DNA of 64,000 nucleotides from Deltaproteobacteria bacterium (GTDB lineage Bacteria; UBA10199; SBBF01): NCBI GenBank assembly GCA_016183175.1, contig JACPFC010000016.1, positions 11,932 to 75,931 of the forward strand, read 5' to 3'. Shown piece by piece: positions 55,766 to 64,000 of this stretch (position 1 is its first letter; each line of letters starts with the position of its first letter). The notes under the pieces were generated by a model. It saw only the letters and a program-made list of their open reading frames with translations, ran no database searches and was not told where the DNA came from. The position numbers and the translations under genes were made by a program.

Positions 55766-55856
55766 CCTCCACCGATGAAAAAAGACAATGAAAAAAGACA
55801 ATTGATCTTAGGCGAGAAATGGATGAAAATGTCCGATGAAGCGGTAACCTCTGAAA

Positions 55857-56138
55857 TTGCCCGATCTTCTTAGTGGGATGCGTTCTTCAGCAAGAAAATT
55901 TGAACAGGCGGATGTGGCGGTTAAAGTTTACTTCACCGAAGATGCCATTTGTCTGCAATTAAGCGACGGAAGAGAGGTCAAAGCGCCACTGGAGTTTTAT
56001 CCGCGCCTGAAAAATGCGACAAAAAAACAAAGGGGCCATTTTCAGTTGATCGGTTTGGGCACCGGCATTCACTGGCCCGATTTGGACGAGGATCTTTCGG
56101 TGGAGGGTATTGTTCTGGGCCGGCGAGCCATCATTTAA
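55857..56138 (+). CDS. DUF2442-family small protein (TA-associated family)
   Basis: ...PLEFYPRLKNATKKQRGHFQLIGLGTGIHWPDLDEDLSVEGIVLG matches DUF2442 motifs. Confidence 0.5.
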   Translation: MPDLLSGMRSSARKFEQADVAVKVYFTEDAICLQLSDGREVKAPLEFYPRLKNATKKQRGHFQLIGLGTGIHWPDLDEDLSVEGIVLGRRAII

Positions 56139-56280
56139 CGTTCCCAAGGCTGTCGCCAGGGCCGGCTATCCCCTCAAACAAATCCCGCAAGTGAGCCCTT
56201 CGACTTCGCTTCCCTCAACTCCGCTCCCTTCGGCTTCGCTCAGGGCAAGCGGGACAGGCAGGGCAAGCTGGAACACCCTT

Positions 56281-56318
56281 CCAAGCCCGTATCCTTTCAC
56301 GGAGGTGTATGAGGTGCC
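56281..56318. repeat. ~40-bp conserved motif, copy 2 (upstream of hicB)
   Basis: See copy 1. Confidence 0.7.
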
Positions 56319-56368
56319 TGCCGAAGAAGTCCCTTGAATTTCAGCATTGTTTTGCCTAGAATAAGAAC

Positions 56369-56599
56369 ATGTCTCATCAGCAATATCATTTTACGGTGAT
56401 CATCGAGCCGTGTGAAGAGGGGGGCTACTATGCCGAATGTCCCGCTTTTCAGGGGTGTCATGTTCAAGGGGAAACCTACGAAGAGACTCTCGGTGAAATG
56501 AGGCACGCCGTTCATGCTTTCATCGAGGAATACCGGAAGCACAAAGAGGCCATTCCCGATGACCAAGTCACGGTCACTTCTCTGCGAGTTGCGGTTTGA
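56369..56599 (+). CDS. HicB-family antitoxin
   Basis: YHFTVIIEPCEEGGYYAECPAFQGCHVQGETYEETLGEMRHAV. Confidence 0.6.
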   Translation: MSHQQYHFTVIIEPCEEGGYYAECPAFQGCHVQGETYEETLGEMRHAVHAFIEEYRKHKEAIPDDQVTVTSLRVAV

Positions 56600-56608
56600 A
56601 ATTCATTC

Positions 56609-56842
56609 ATGTCCGTTCATTTCCCAGTTGTCACTTCTAAAGAAATAATCAAGGTGCTCGAAAAAATCGGTTTTGTCTTTGTCCGTCAAACCGGTTCCAG
56701 TCACGCTATTTATCGGCGCCCGTCGGACAATCGACGGACGGTTGTCCCGGTTCACTCGTCAACGCAGATTAAAAGACGAACGCTCAAATCAATTTTGACG
56801 GATGCGGGGTTAACTGTGGAAGATCTCAGAAAGTTGTTGTGA
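56609..56842 (+). CDS. HicA-family toxin
   Basis: SKEIIKVLEKIGFVFVRQTGSHAIY is the HicA/YcfA signature. Confidence 0.6.
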   Translation: MSVHFPVVTSKEIIKVLEKIGFVFVRQTGSSHAIYRRPSDNRRTVVPVHSSTQIKRRTLKSILTDAGLTVEDLRKLL

Positions 56843-56929
56843 GAAGCGGGCTTCGACCCGAAGTTTATCAGGCGCCTCTCCGCTATTTTCCATTTGTCTC
56901 CATAAAAACCTGTGTGTTACAAGCAGGCA

Positions 56930-59374
56930 ATGGACGAAAAGTATCAGCCGCAATCCATTGAAACCCGCTGGCAGAAACAGTGGGAAAAAAACAAGACCTT
57001 CGCCGCCGGCGAAAACCCCCAAAAGCAGAAATATTATCTCCTCGAGATGTTTCCCTACCCATCCGGAAGAATCCACATGGGGCATGTGCGGAACTACACC
57101 ATCGGCGACGTGATCGCCCGGTACAAGAGGATGAAGGGTTTTCATGTCCTTCACCCCATGGGCTGGGACGCCTTCGGCATGCCCGCCGAAAATGCCGCCA
57201 TCCAGAACCGGACCCACCCCGCCAAGTGGACGCGCGACAATATCAATACGATGCGCGATCAGCTCAAGCGCCTTGGGTTTAGCTACGACTGGTCGCGCGA
57301 GGTGAACACCTCAGATCCCGCCTATTACAGATGGGAACAGCTCTTTTTTCTCCAGATGTGGGAGAGGGGTCTTGTCTTCCGCAAAGAATCTTTGGTCAAC
57401 TGGTGCGAGACCTGTCAGACGGTGTTGGCCAACGAGCAGGTATTGGACGGCCACTGCTGGCGGTGCGAGATGGTCGTTGCGCAAAAACCGCTGGAGCAGT
57501 GGTTTTTTAAAATCACCAATTACGCCGACGAACTTCTCTCATCGCTGGAAATTCTGAAAGAGGGATGGCCGGAACGGGTGCTGACGATGCAAAGGGAGTG
57601 GATTGGCCGCTCCCAGGGGGCGACAATCGATTTTCCCATCGAGGCAACCGATCAAAAGATCACCGTCTTTACGACGCGCCCCGATACCCTCTTCGGGGCC
57701 ACTTTTATGTCACTGGCGCCCGAAAACCCGCTGGTGGAAAAACTGATTGAAAATTCTCCAAACACCGCCGAGGTGAGGGCCTTTGTGGCAAAGGCAAAAG
57801 GTATCCAAAAACAGGGAGGGGCCGATTATGAAAAAGAGGGGATTTTCACCGGGGCTTACTGCCTCAATCCAGTGGTCAAGCGGCAAATGCCCATTTATGT
57901 CACCAATTTTGTCGTCATGGAATACGGCACCGGCGCGGTAATGGCCGTTCCCGCGCATGACCAGCGCGACTTCGATTTCGCGCACAAGTACAAACTGCCG
58001 GTGATCCTTGTCATTACGCCCGCCGGAAAGGTCGTTGACCCCAAAAGCATGGAGGCCGCCTTTGAGGAGGAGGGGGTTTTGGTCAATTCGGGTCAGTTTT
58101 CCGGGATGAAAAGCGCCATCGCAAAGCTGGCGATCGTCGATTATCTCGAACGCAAAAAAATCGGACGAAGAAAGGTCCAATACAAATTGCGCGACTGGGG
58201 GATTTCGCGTCAGCGCTACTGGGGGACGCCGATTCCGGCGGTTTATTGCCCGACATGCGGCGTCGTCCCGGCACATGAAGAGGATCTTCCGATCGTTCTC
58301 CCCCCCGATGTTCAACTGACCGGCCGGGAAGGGTCGCCGCTGGCCCGACACGAATCTTTTTTAAAAACCGCCTGTCCCAAATGCGGCGGAGAGGCCAGGC
58401 GCGAGACCGACACGATGGATACGTTTGTGGAGTCGTCATGGTATTTTTTCCGTTATGTCGATCCGCAAAATACGGCGGAGCCGTTCAACAAAGAGAAGGT
58501 TGCCACCTGGTGCCCGGTCGATCAGTACATCGGGGGCATCGAGCACGCGGTTTTGCATCTTCTTTATTCCCGGTTTTTTACGCAGGTTCTGCGCGACCTC
58601 GGCTACCTGAACTTGAGCGAACCGTTCGAGCGTCTGCTGACGCAGGGGATGGTCATCAAGGAGGGGGCCAAGATGAGCAAGTCGCGTGGCAATGTGGTCG
58701 ATCCGAATTATCTCATCGACCAGTACGGCGCCGACACGGCAAGGCTCTTTGTCCTTTTTGCCTCGCCTCCGGAGCGCGACCTCGAATGGTCCGATCAGGG
58801 GGTGGAGGGGTGTTTCCGTTTTTTGAACCGGGTCTGGCGGCTGGTCTACGACACGGTGAACAACCGCTGGCCGGGGAATGGGGACGATCCGGAGCTTGCC
58901 TTCCAGATCAACAAGACCATCAAAAAAGTCACCGACGACATCGAGAAGGATTTTCACTTCAACACCGCCATTGCCGCCATCATGGAACTGGTCAATTATC
59001 TGGCCAAAATCGCCCCGCAGTCGGGATTGTCAGCCTCTTTCAAACAGGCGCTAAAAACCATGATTGTCCTGATATCTCCGATGGTGCCGCACATCGCCGA
59101 GGAGATGGGCGAGGTTTTGGGGATTGAAGGGGGTGTTTCTGAACAGCCGTGGCCTTCTTATGATGAGACGGTTCTCGAAAAGCGGGCGATTACCGTTGTG
59201 GTGCAGGTGAACGGCAAGGTGCGCGCCCAATTAAGCGTTGCCCCCGACAGCCCGGAGGACGAGATCAAAACTGCCGCCCGCGCGCATGAAAAAATTATTC
59301 CCTATCTTGAAGGAAAAAATGTGGCGAAGACGGTGTATGTCCCGGGGCGGTTGGTGAATTTTGTGGTGTCATGA
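56930..59374 (+). CDS. leuS: Leucyl-tRNA synthetase
   Basis: HMGH motif ([15 protein letters not shown]), KMSKS motif, and LeuS-specific editing and Zn regions. Confidence 0.95.
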   Translation: MDEKYQPQSIETRWQKQWEKNKTFAAGENPQKQKYYLLEMFPYPSGRIHMGHVRNYTIGDVIARYKRMKGFHVLHPMGWDAFGMPAENAAIQNRTHPAKWTRDNINTMRDQLKRLGFSYDWSREVNTSDPAYYRWEQLFFLQMWERGLVFRKESLVNWCETCQTVLANEQVLDGHCWRCEMVVAQKPLEQWFFKITNYADELLSSLEILKEGWPERVLTMQREWIGRSQGATIDFPIEATDQKITVFTTRPDTLFGATFMSLAPENPLVEKLIENSPNTAEVRAFVAKAKGIQKQGGADYEKEGIFTGAYCLNPVVKRQMPIYVTNFVVMEYGTGAVMAVPAHDQRDFDFAHKYKLPVILVITPAGKVVDPKSMEAAFEEEGVLVNSGQFSGMKSAIAKLAIVDYLERKKIGRRKVQYKLRDWGISRQRYWGTPIPAVYCPTCGVVPAHEEDLPIVLPPDVQLTGREGSPLARHESFLKTACPKCGGEARRETDTMDTFVESSWYFFRYVDPQNTAEPFNKEKVATWCPVDQYIGGIEHAVLHLLYSRFFTQVLRDLGYLNLSEPFERLLTQGMVIKEGAKMSKSRGNVVDPNYLIDQYGADTARLFVLFASPPERDLEWSDQGVEGCFRFLNRVWRLVYDTVNNRWPGNGDDPELAFQINKTIKKVTDDIEKDFHFNTAIAAIMELVNYLAKIAPQSGLSASFKQALKTMIVLISPMVPHIAEEMGEVLGIEGGVSEQPWPSYDETVLEKRAITVVVQVNGKVRAQLSVAPDSPEDEIKTAARAHEKIIPYLEGKNVAKTVYVPGRLVNFVVS

Positions 59375-60318
59375 CCAAACCCATCACGATTCTTGTTGGC
59401 GACGATGCCTGTCTTTTAAACCGCGAATTGGCGCGTCTTCAAAAAAAGCACCTCGATCCGGCGACAAAAGATTTCAATTTCGACCGTTTTTCGGCGGCGG
59501 AGGAGCCGCCCGCGAAGATTATCGACGCCTTGAGCCTCCTCCCCATGATGGCGGAATCGCGTCTGGTAATCGTCCGCGACGCGGACAAAATCGGGAAAGA
59601 CGATTTCGACCAATGGCTTAAATACCTTCAAAACCCCTCGCCCACCACGCAACTGGTTCTGATTGCCCCCAAAATCGACAAGCGTCTCGGCCTGTGGAAG
59701 ACAGCCGTCAAAGAGGGGACGCTTATCGAATTGAAGCCGCCCTATCCCAACCAGATTCCCCAATGGGTTTCAGGCGAGGCGCGGAAGATGGGAATCGACA
59801 TCACGATGGAGGCGGCTTACGGCTTGGGCGAATCGGTGGGGCCAAGCCCGATGGGGCTTGTCTCGGCGCTGGAAAAGCTGGCGATCTATGTCTTCCCGCG
59901 CACCCGGATTGAACTTGCCGATGTGCAAACTGCCTCGGGCAGTTTTTCAAAAACGGTTTTCGATTTCACCGAAAAAGTGGGGGAAAGAAATTTAAAAGAG
60001 GCGATGGGAATTTTGAATGGATTGACGGAACAGGGGGAACCGCCGGTCCGGCTGGTTTTCATGTTGGCGCGTCATTTTCGTCTGCTTCTTCTGGCGCAGG
60101 AGGGTGTCAGGGAGCGGCTCTCCGAACAGGAGATGTCTTTCCGTCTCGGCGTTCCTCCTTTTTTTGTGAAGGATTATCTTCGTCAGGCCCGAAAAATCGC
60201 CTTTCCCGCGCTCAAAAAAATCTATGCCCGGCTTCTCGCCTGCGACCGGGCGCTTAAAAGAAGCCCGCTGGAACCGCGCCATGTGGTCGATCGGTTCCTC
60301 ATGCAGGTTTGTCTATGA
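59371..60318 (+). CDS. holA: DNA polymerase III delta subunit
   Basis: Size and N-terminal clamp-loader delta-like fold motifs; standard position after leuS. Confidence 0.75.
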   Translation: MTKPITILVGDDACLLNRELARLQKKHLDPATKDFNFDRFSAAEEPPAKIIDALSLLPMMAESRLVIVRDADKIGKDDFDQWLKYLQNPSPTTQLVLIAPKIDKRLGLWKTAVKEGTLIELKPPYPNQIPQWVSGEARKMGIDITMEAAYGLGESVGPSPMGLVSALEKLAIYVFPRTRIELADVQTASGSFSKTVFDFTEKVGERNLKEAMGILNGLTEQGEPPVRLVFMLARHFRLLLLAQEGVRERLSEQEMSFRLGVPPFFVKDYLRQARKIAFPALKKIYARLLACDRALKRSPLEPRHVVDRFLMQVCL

Positions 60319-61637
60319 TCCCGATTCCCAACCTGATCATCGGCGGGGGAATTGCCGGCGTTGCGATTGCCGTTGAACTTCTTCAACGCGGGTCCGATTT
60401 TTGTCTTCTCGAATCCACTCCCCGTCTGGGAGGCAAGGTCGAGTCCCTGTCGACCGATAAGGCCCACTTCGAATTCGGCCCCAATGCCCTGGCAGGCGTT
60501 TCCCCGGAAATGACACAACTCCTCGAACGGCTGGATCTGGCCGGTTCGCTTGTCGAGGCAAATTCCGTCGCGCGTCGGCGGTTTATTTTAAAGAACGGCA
60601 AGCCGACCCTCCTCCCGTCAAAGCCCCCGCAGATTTTGACCACAACGGCGCTCTCTCCCCGGGGGCGGATCCGGTTTTTGGCCGAAGCGGTTCATGTCCC
60701 GAGGAGAAAAAAAGAGGAAGAGTCGGTCTGGGATTTTTTTGCGCGGCATTTTGGCACCGAAACCGCAAAATACATCGCCGATCCCTTTGTCTCCGGAATC
60801 TTCGCCGGCGACGCAAAACAGATATCCCTTTCCGCGGCCTTTCCTACGATGGCGGAGGCCTAAAACAAGGCCTCTTCACTGATCCGCTATCTCCTGTCCC
60901 AAAGAAAAACGATGAAAACCGATCCCCGGCTCTATCAGCTTAAAGGGGGGTTGGAGTCCATTTTCCACAGCGCCCGGAAAAAAATGGGGATAGAGCGGGT
61001 CCGGTTGAATGAGGCGGCTCTCGATCTGGTGGTGGAAGGGAAAAAACTGCGGGTTTTAACCGGCCGGGGGGAATACGAGAGCGATTGCGTTTATCTGACC
61101 GCCCCTGCTTATTCTACCGCCACTCTCCTAAAAAAAAGATTTCCGCAAATCTCGACCGAACTGTCGAAAATAGACTATGCCCCCGTGATTACGGCCCATC
61201 TGCGGGTGCAAAGGTCCGAGAAATTTCCCTTTTGCGGCTTTGGCCTTCTCATCCCTTCCGGGGAGCGGAGACAAATACTGGGGACCCTGTGGAATTCAAG
61301 CAGTTTTCCGTTCCAGTTTCACGATGAACGGCATCATTATCTGACCGTTTACGCCGGCGGTGCGCGAAACAGGAAACTCATCGAGGCGGATGACGCGGCC
61401 CTCCGCGATGTAATCGGCCGGGAGGTGGAGGATATCTTCAGGCTCCGTTTCGGCGTCGAGTGGATCCACCTCAAGCGCCACGAGCGGGCGATCCCCCAGT
61501 ATGTCCTCGGTTACGGGAAGCTCCTGAATCGGATCAACGCACTCCTCGCGGAAACCCCCTCCCTGAAACTCGCCGGCAATTATCTGGGGGGAGTGAGCCT
61601 CTCAAAAACGGTCACGCATGCGGCGGGGATTGTGTGA
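60309..61637 (+). pseudogene. Protoporphyrinogen/coproporphyrinogen oxidase (HemY-like) interrupted by an in-frame TAA at 60861-60863
   Basis: Listed ORFs 60309-60863 and 60912-61637 are in the same frame; the FAD fold IIGGGIAGVAIAVEL...RLGGKV... continues straight through the stop (..AFPTMAEA*NKASSLIRYLL..). Confidence 0.6.
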
Positions 61638-61663
61638 ATGGAAAACGGTCGAAGGGTTGACAA

Positions 61664-61987
61664 ATGACATTTAACTTGACACAATTGGTGTCGGGTTTAG
61701 AAAGGCGCCCAATGCAAAAAATCAATGCCCTCGAATTGAGACAGTCGCTGTCAAAGGTAATGCAAAAGCTCAAGCGGAGCGGCGAACCGATCCTTCTGGA
61801 AAAAGGCCGCCGGCCAGCGGCTGTTCTTATTTCGCTGGAAGATTTCAAAAGGCGTTTTGCCGAAAAAGAGGCTGACGAAAGGAGAAGAGAAGTTCAACGG
61901 AGAATTTTGGGTCTTTCCCGAAAGTCGGCCGTCAGGAAAAATTCCGAGGCGCTGATTCGCGAACTCCGATCCGGAAGGGCCGGATGA
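61664..61987 (+). CDS. Phd/YefM-family antitoxin
   Basis: INALELRQSLSKVMQKLKRSGEPILLEKGRRPAAVLISLEDFKRR. Confidence 0.65.
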   Translation: MTFNLTQLVSGLERRPMQKINALELRQSLSKVMQKLKRSGEPILLEKGRRPAAVLISLEDFKRRFAEKEADERRREVQRRILGLSRKSAVRKNSEALIRELRSGRAG

Positions 61988-61993
61988 ATCTCC

Positions 61994-62317
61994 ATGTGGA
62001 TTCTCGATACGTCCGTTGCCGTTAAATGGTTTTTTACCGATGAATCGGGCCACGCCAGGGCCCGGGAGGTCTTGAACCGCCTGGTCGAAAGGCCGGATGA
62101 GTTTGCCGTCCCTTTGCATTTCTTTTTCGAGCTGGCCGCGGTTCTTGTCAGAAAGTCGGGATTTCAGAAACAGTTTGCGCATGAGTCGCTCACCGCAGTT
62201 TATCAATTGGGGATCCCCACCTTTGAAATTGGCGAAGATCTGTCGGGAGAGGCCATCGCGATGGCCTGCCGATATCGCCCTCCGGATGTTTGCCGTCATT
62301 TGACGGATTATTCATGA
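61994..62317 (+). CDS. PIN-domain toxin (VapC-like), possibly C-terminally degenerate
   Basis: MWILDTSVAVKWFFTDE is a PIN N-terminus; only 107 aa and the C-terminus lacks the usual PIN end. Confidence 0.45.
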   Translation: MWILDTSVAVKWFFTDESGHARAREVLNRLVERPDEFAVPLHFFFELAAVLVRKSGFQKQFAHESLTAVYQLGIPTFEIGEDLSGEAIAMACRYRPPDVCRHLTDYS

Positions 62318-62567
62318 TTTTGCATGTTTCATCCTGATCCCATGTCTGTCAATCTTCTTTTCCCTCCCTCCCCAGAACCACCTCGCGGTGGGGCTCCATC
62401 ACCTGCCCGATAGCCATCAGACATTGCATGACAAGCCTCGCATGACGGCCGTCATGCGACGAATTGACGCAAAACATGTTGACCTTTTTTCCATCGCGGG
62501 TTTATTTTTTGTGTGTAGGTCGATAACCGACTACGGTTATCGCAACCCACCATCCAAAAAAAGGAGA

Positions 62568-63833
62568 ATGTCAATGACACCATCCAAGATATCACACACC
62601 ATTTTATGGTTTGTGTTTTGCGTCCTGATATCGGGCCTGTTTCCCCTTCGATCGGCCCAGGCGCTTCCCTCATGGGCGCGCCGTTATAACGCCGACTGTT
62701 CCATGTGCCATACCATGATGCCGCAACTCAATCCCATAGGCCATCAGTTCCGTCGCCTGGGCTACAGGATGCCCGAGGAGTTTGACAACAAGGAGGTCCA
62801 GTTCTCGTGGGACGATCTGGCCAAGTTCACCAATTACTTTGCGGCGCGGGGACGGGCGCGAGCCACGGTGAACAAACAATCACCGGCCAAAATTGATTTT
62901 GATTTTGAGCAACATGACGTCACCCTTTTCTACGGCGGGCCGGTTACGCGGAATATTGCCTACTTCTTTGAGATGCCCTTTGAGCCGGAAAACGAGTTTG
63001 CCGAGCTGGAGGTGGGGCAAATCCAGCTTGCCTTCGGCCACTCGGACAGTTTCTTTTTCACCCGCATGGGCCAGTTTCACCAGTTTTCACGGGTTGGATA
63101 CGGCGGGCTGGATCGCCCCATCGGTCTTAACAATGCCCGCATGTTTGACGTGCGGGTGAACGGCTTCAGGCCGCGCCATGACGGTTTGGGAGTCGAGGCG
63201 GGATGGTCCAACGGTAATTTTACGGGCCTTCTCCAGTTTACGAGCGGCATTGAGGCAACAGGCGGTAGCGTGCTGGACAACGAAGACCCGAACAACGACA
63301 AGGATATGGCGTTATTGCTGGAATATCTGATTCCCAACCACAATGCGAGCGTTTCCCTGTTGTATGTTTATGGAAGGGCCCCAACGCCCCAGAATGATGC
63401 GGGGGCCGACGTGGCGGGCGCCGGTCCCACACGGTATCACCGGTTTTATCTCTTTGGCGACTATACCTTCGAGAAAATCGGCCTTAAACCGATCATTGGC
63501 TTTTCCCTGGGGATCGACAACCAGACTATCAGCGGCATCGGAACTGCCACGGCGGCCCTGATTTCTGCCGACAACAGCCTCTCCTGGTTTTCGTTTCTGG
63601 AACTGGACAAGAGCATCACCGACAACCTGTATCTGTTGGGTCGTTTTGATTACGACGATGTGACCAACAAGGCGGAGGGGGCGGCCAATACCAGTAAAAC
63701 ATGGGCGGGCACGGCCGGACTGGTATGGCAGTTCCAGAGATACATGCGTTTTTCCGTGGAATATAAGGTGGCCGACAGCCAGGGACAGCATCCGGCTCAC
63801 GCTTTTACGACGGAAGCCCAGCTCGTTTTCTAG
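62568..63833 (+). CDS. Cyc2-like fused monoheme cytochrome c / outer-membrane beta-barrel candidate
   Basis: RBS aaggaga; signal peptide; single CSMCH heme motif about 15 residues after the predicted cleavage site; beta-strand-rich sequence ending ...AQLVF (C-terminal Phe); the listed ORF starts upstream at 62388. Confidence 0.45.
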   Translation: MSMTPSKISHTILWFVFCVLISGLFPLRSAQALPSWARRYNADCSMCHTMMPQLNPIGHQFRRLGYRMPEEFDNKEVQFSWDDLAKFTNYFAARGRARATVNKQSPAKIDFDFEQHDVTLFYGGPVTRNIAYFFEMPFEPENEFAELEVGQIQLAFGHSDSFFFTRMGQFHQFSRVGYGGLDRPIGLNNARMFDVRVNGFRPRHDGLGVEAGWSNGNFTGLLQFTSGIEATGGSVLDNEDPNNDKDMALLLEYLIPNHNASVSLLYVYGRAPTPQNDAGADVAGAGPTRYHRFYLFGDYTFEKIGLKPIIGFSLGIDNQTISGIGTATAALISADNSLSWFSFLELDKSITDNLYLLGRFDYDDVTNKAEGAANTSKTWAGTAGLVWQFQRYMRFSVEYKVADSQGQHPAHAFTTEAQLVF

Positions 63834-64000
63834 TCTCTCCTGCTTTGAGGTTTGACATCTGCTCGGTGTCGGGATAGGGGCGTCTGCTTGAGGCGGACGC
63901 CCTTCTCTTCTTTTGGGGTGAATCGTGTGAAGACAAACATCTCCATCGCGGTTTTTGTCCTTTTTTTTCTGGCGCCGGTTTCGGCCGTTATGTCCGATGC

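Noticed and set aside
1-64000. tRNA, rRNA or tmRNA genes
   Set aside because: None of the few non-coding gaps shows cloverleaf-compatible or rRNA-like sequence by eye; a tRNAscan or Infernal run would be needed to be sure

Overview
This is a high-GC (about 60%) bacterial chromosomal segment with genes packed on both strands. I saw no rRNA, tRNA or CRISPR array.

The main feature spans about 9.6-27 kb and is a type III secretion locus of unusual, chimeric composition.
- It contains a contiguous flagellar-type core (FliE-like, FliG, FliH, FliI ATPase, FliJ, FliK-like, FliM-like, FliN, FliO, FliP, FliQ, FliR).
- A sigma-28-like sigma factor gene sits directly upstream of this core.
- Where FliF would be expected there is an injectisome-type SctJ/YscJ lipoprotein.
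- Three paralogous proteins carry needle-subunit-like (SctF/PrgI-like) C-termini, and each is followed by a TPR chaperone-like gene.
- Two sigma54-type promoter motifs lie within it, and a Ser/Thr kinase (PEGA) plus FHA-domain sigma54 activator pair lies immediately downstream.

The rest is housekeeping and accessory content.
- Housekeeping: an FHA/PEGA membrane protein, yggS-proC-yggT, a peptide ABC transporter, pckA, maf, mlaEFD, prkA-yeaH-spoVR, leuS, holA, and a hemY-like gene interrupted by an in-frame TAA.
- Accessory: a lower-GC restriction-modification plus AbiEii-like island, at least seven type II toxin-antitoxin loci, and a Cyc2-like monoheme cytochrome-porin candidate.

Several undescribed repeat families are present.
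- An octamer-tandem palindromic hairpin element (5 copies) sits at intergenic positions inside operons.
- A C6TTTG/CAAAG6 nested-hairpin element occurs in 3 copies.
- A ~100-bp leader abuts the ATG of both fliQ and pckA.
- A ~100-bp element is tied to toxin-antitoxin loci.
- Heptanucleotide tandem-repeat hairpins occur at four sites.

All calls are from reading the ORF translations and the DNA by eye. No database searches were run.
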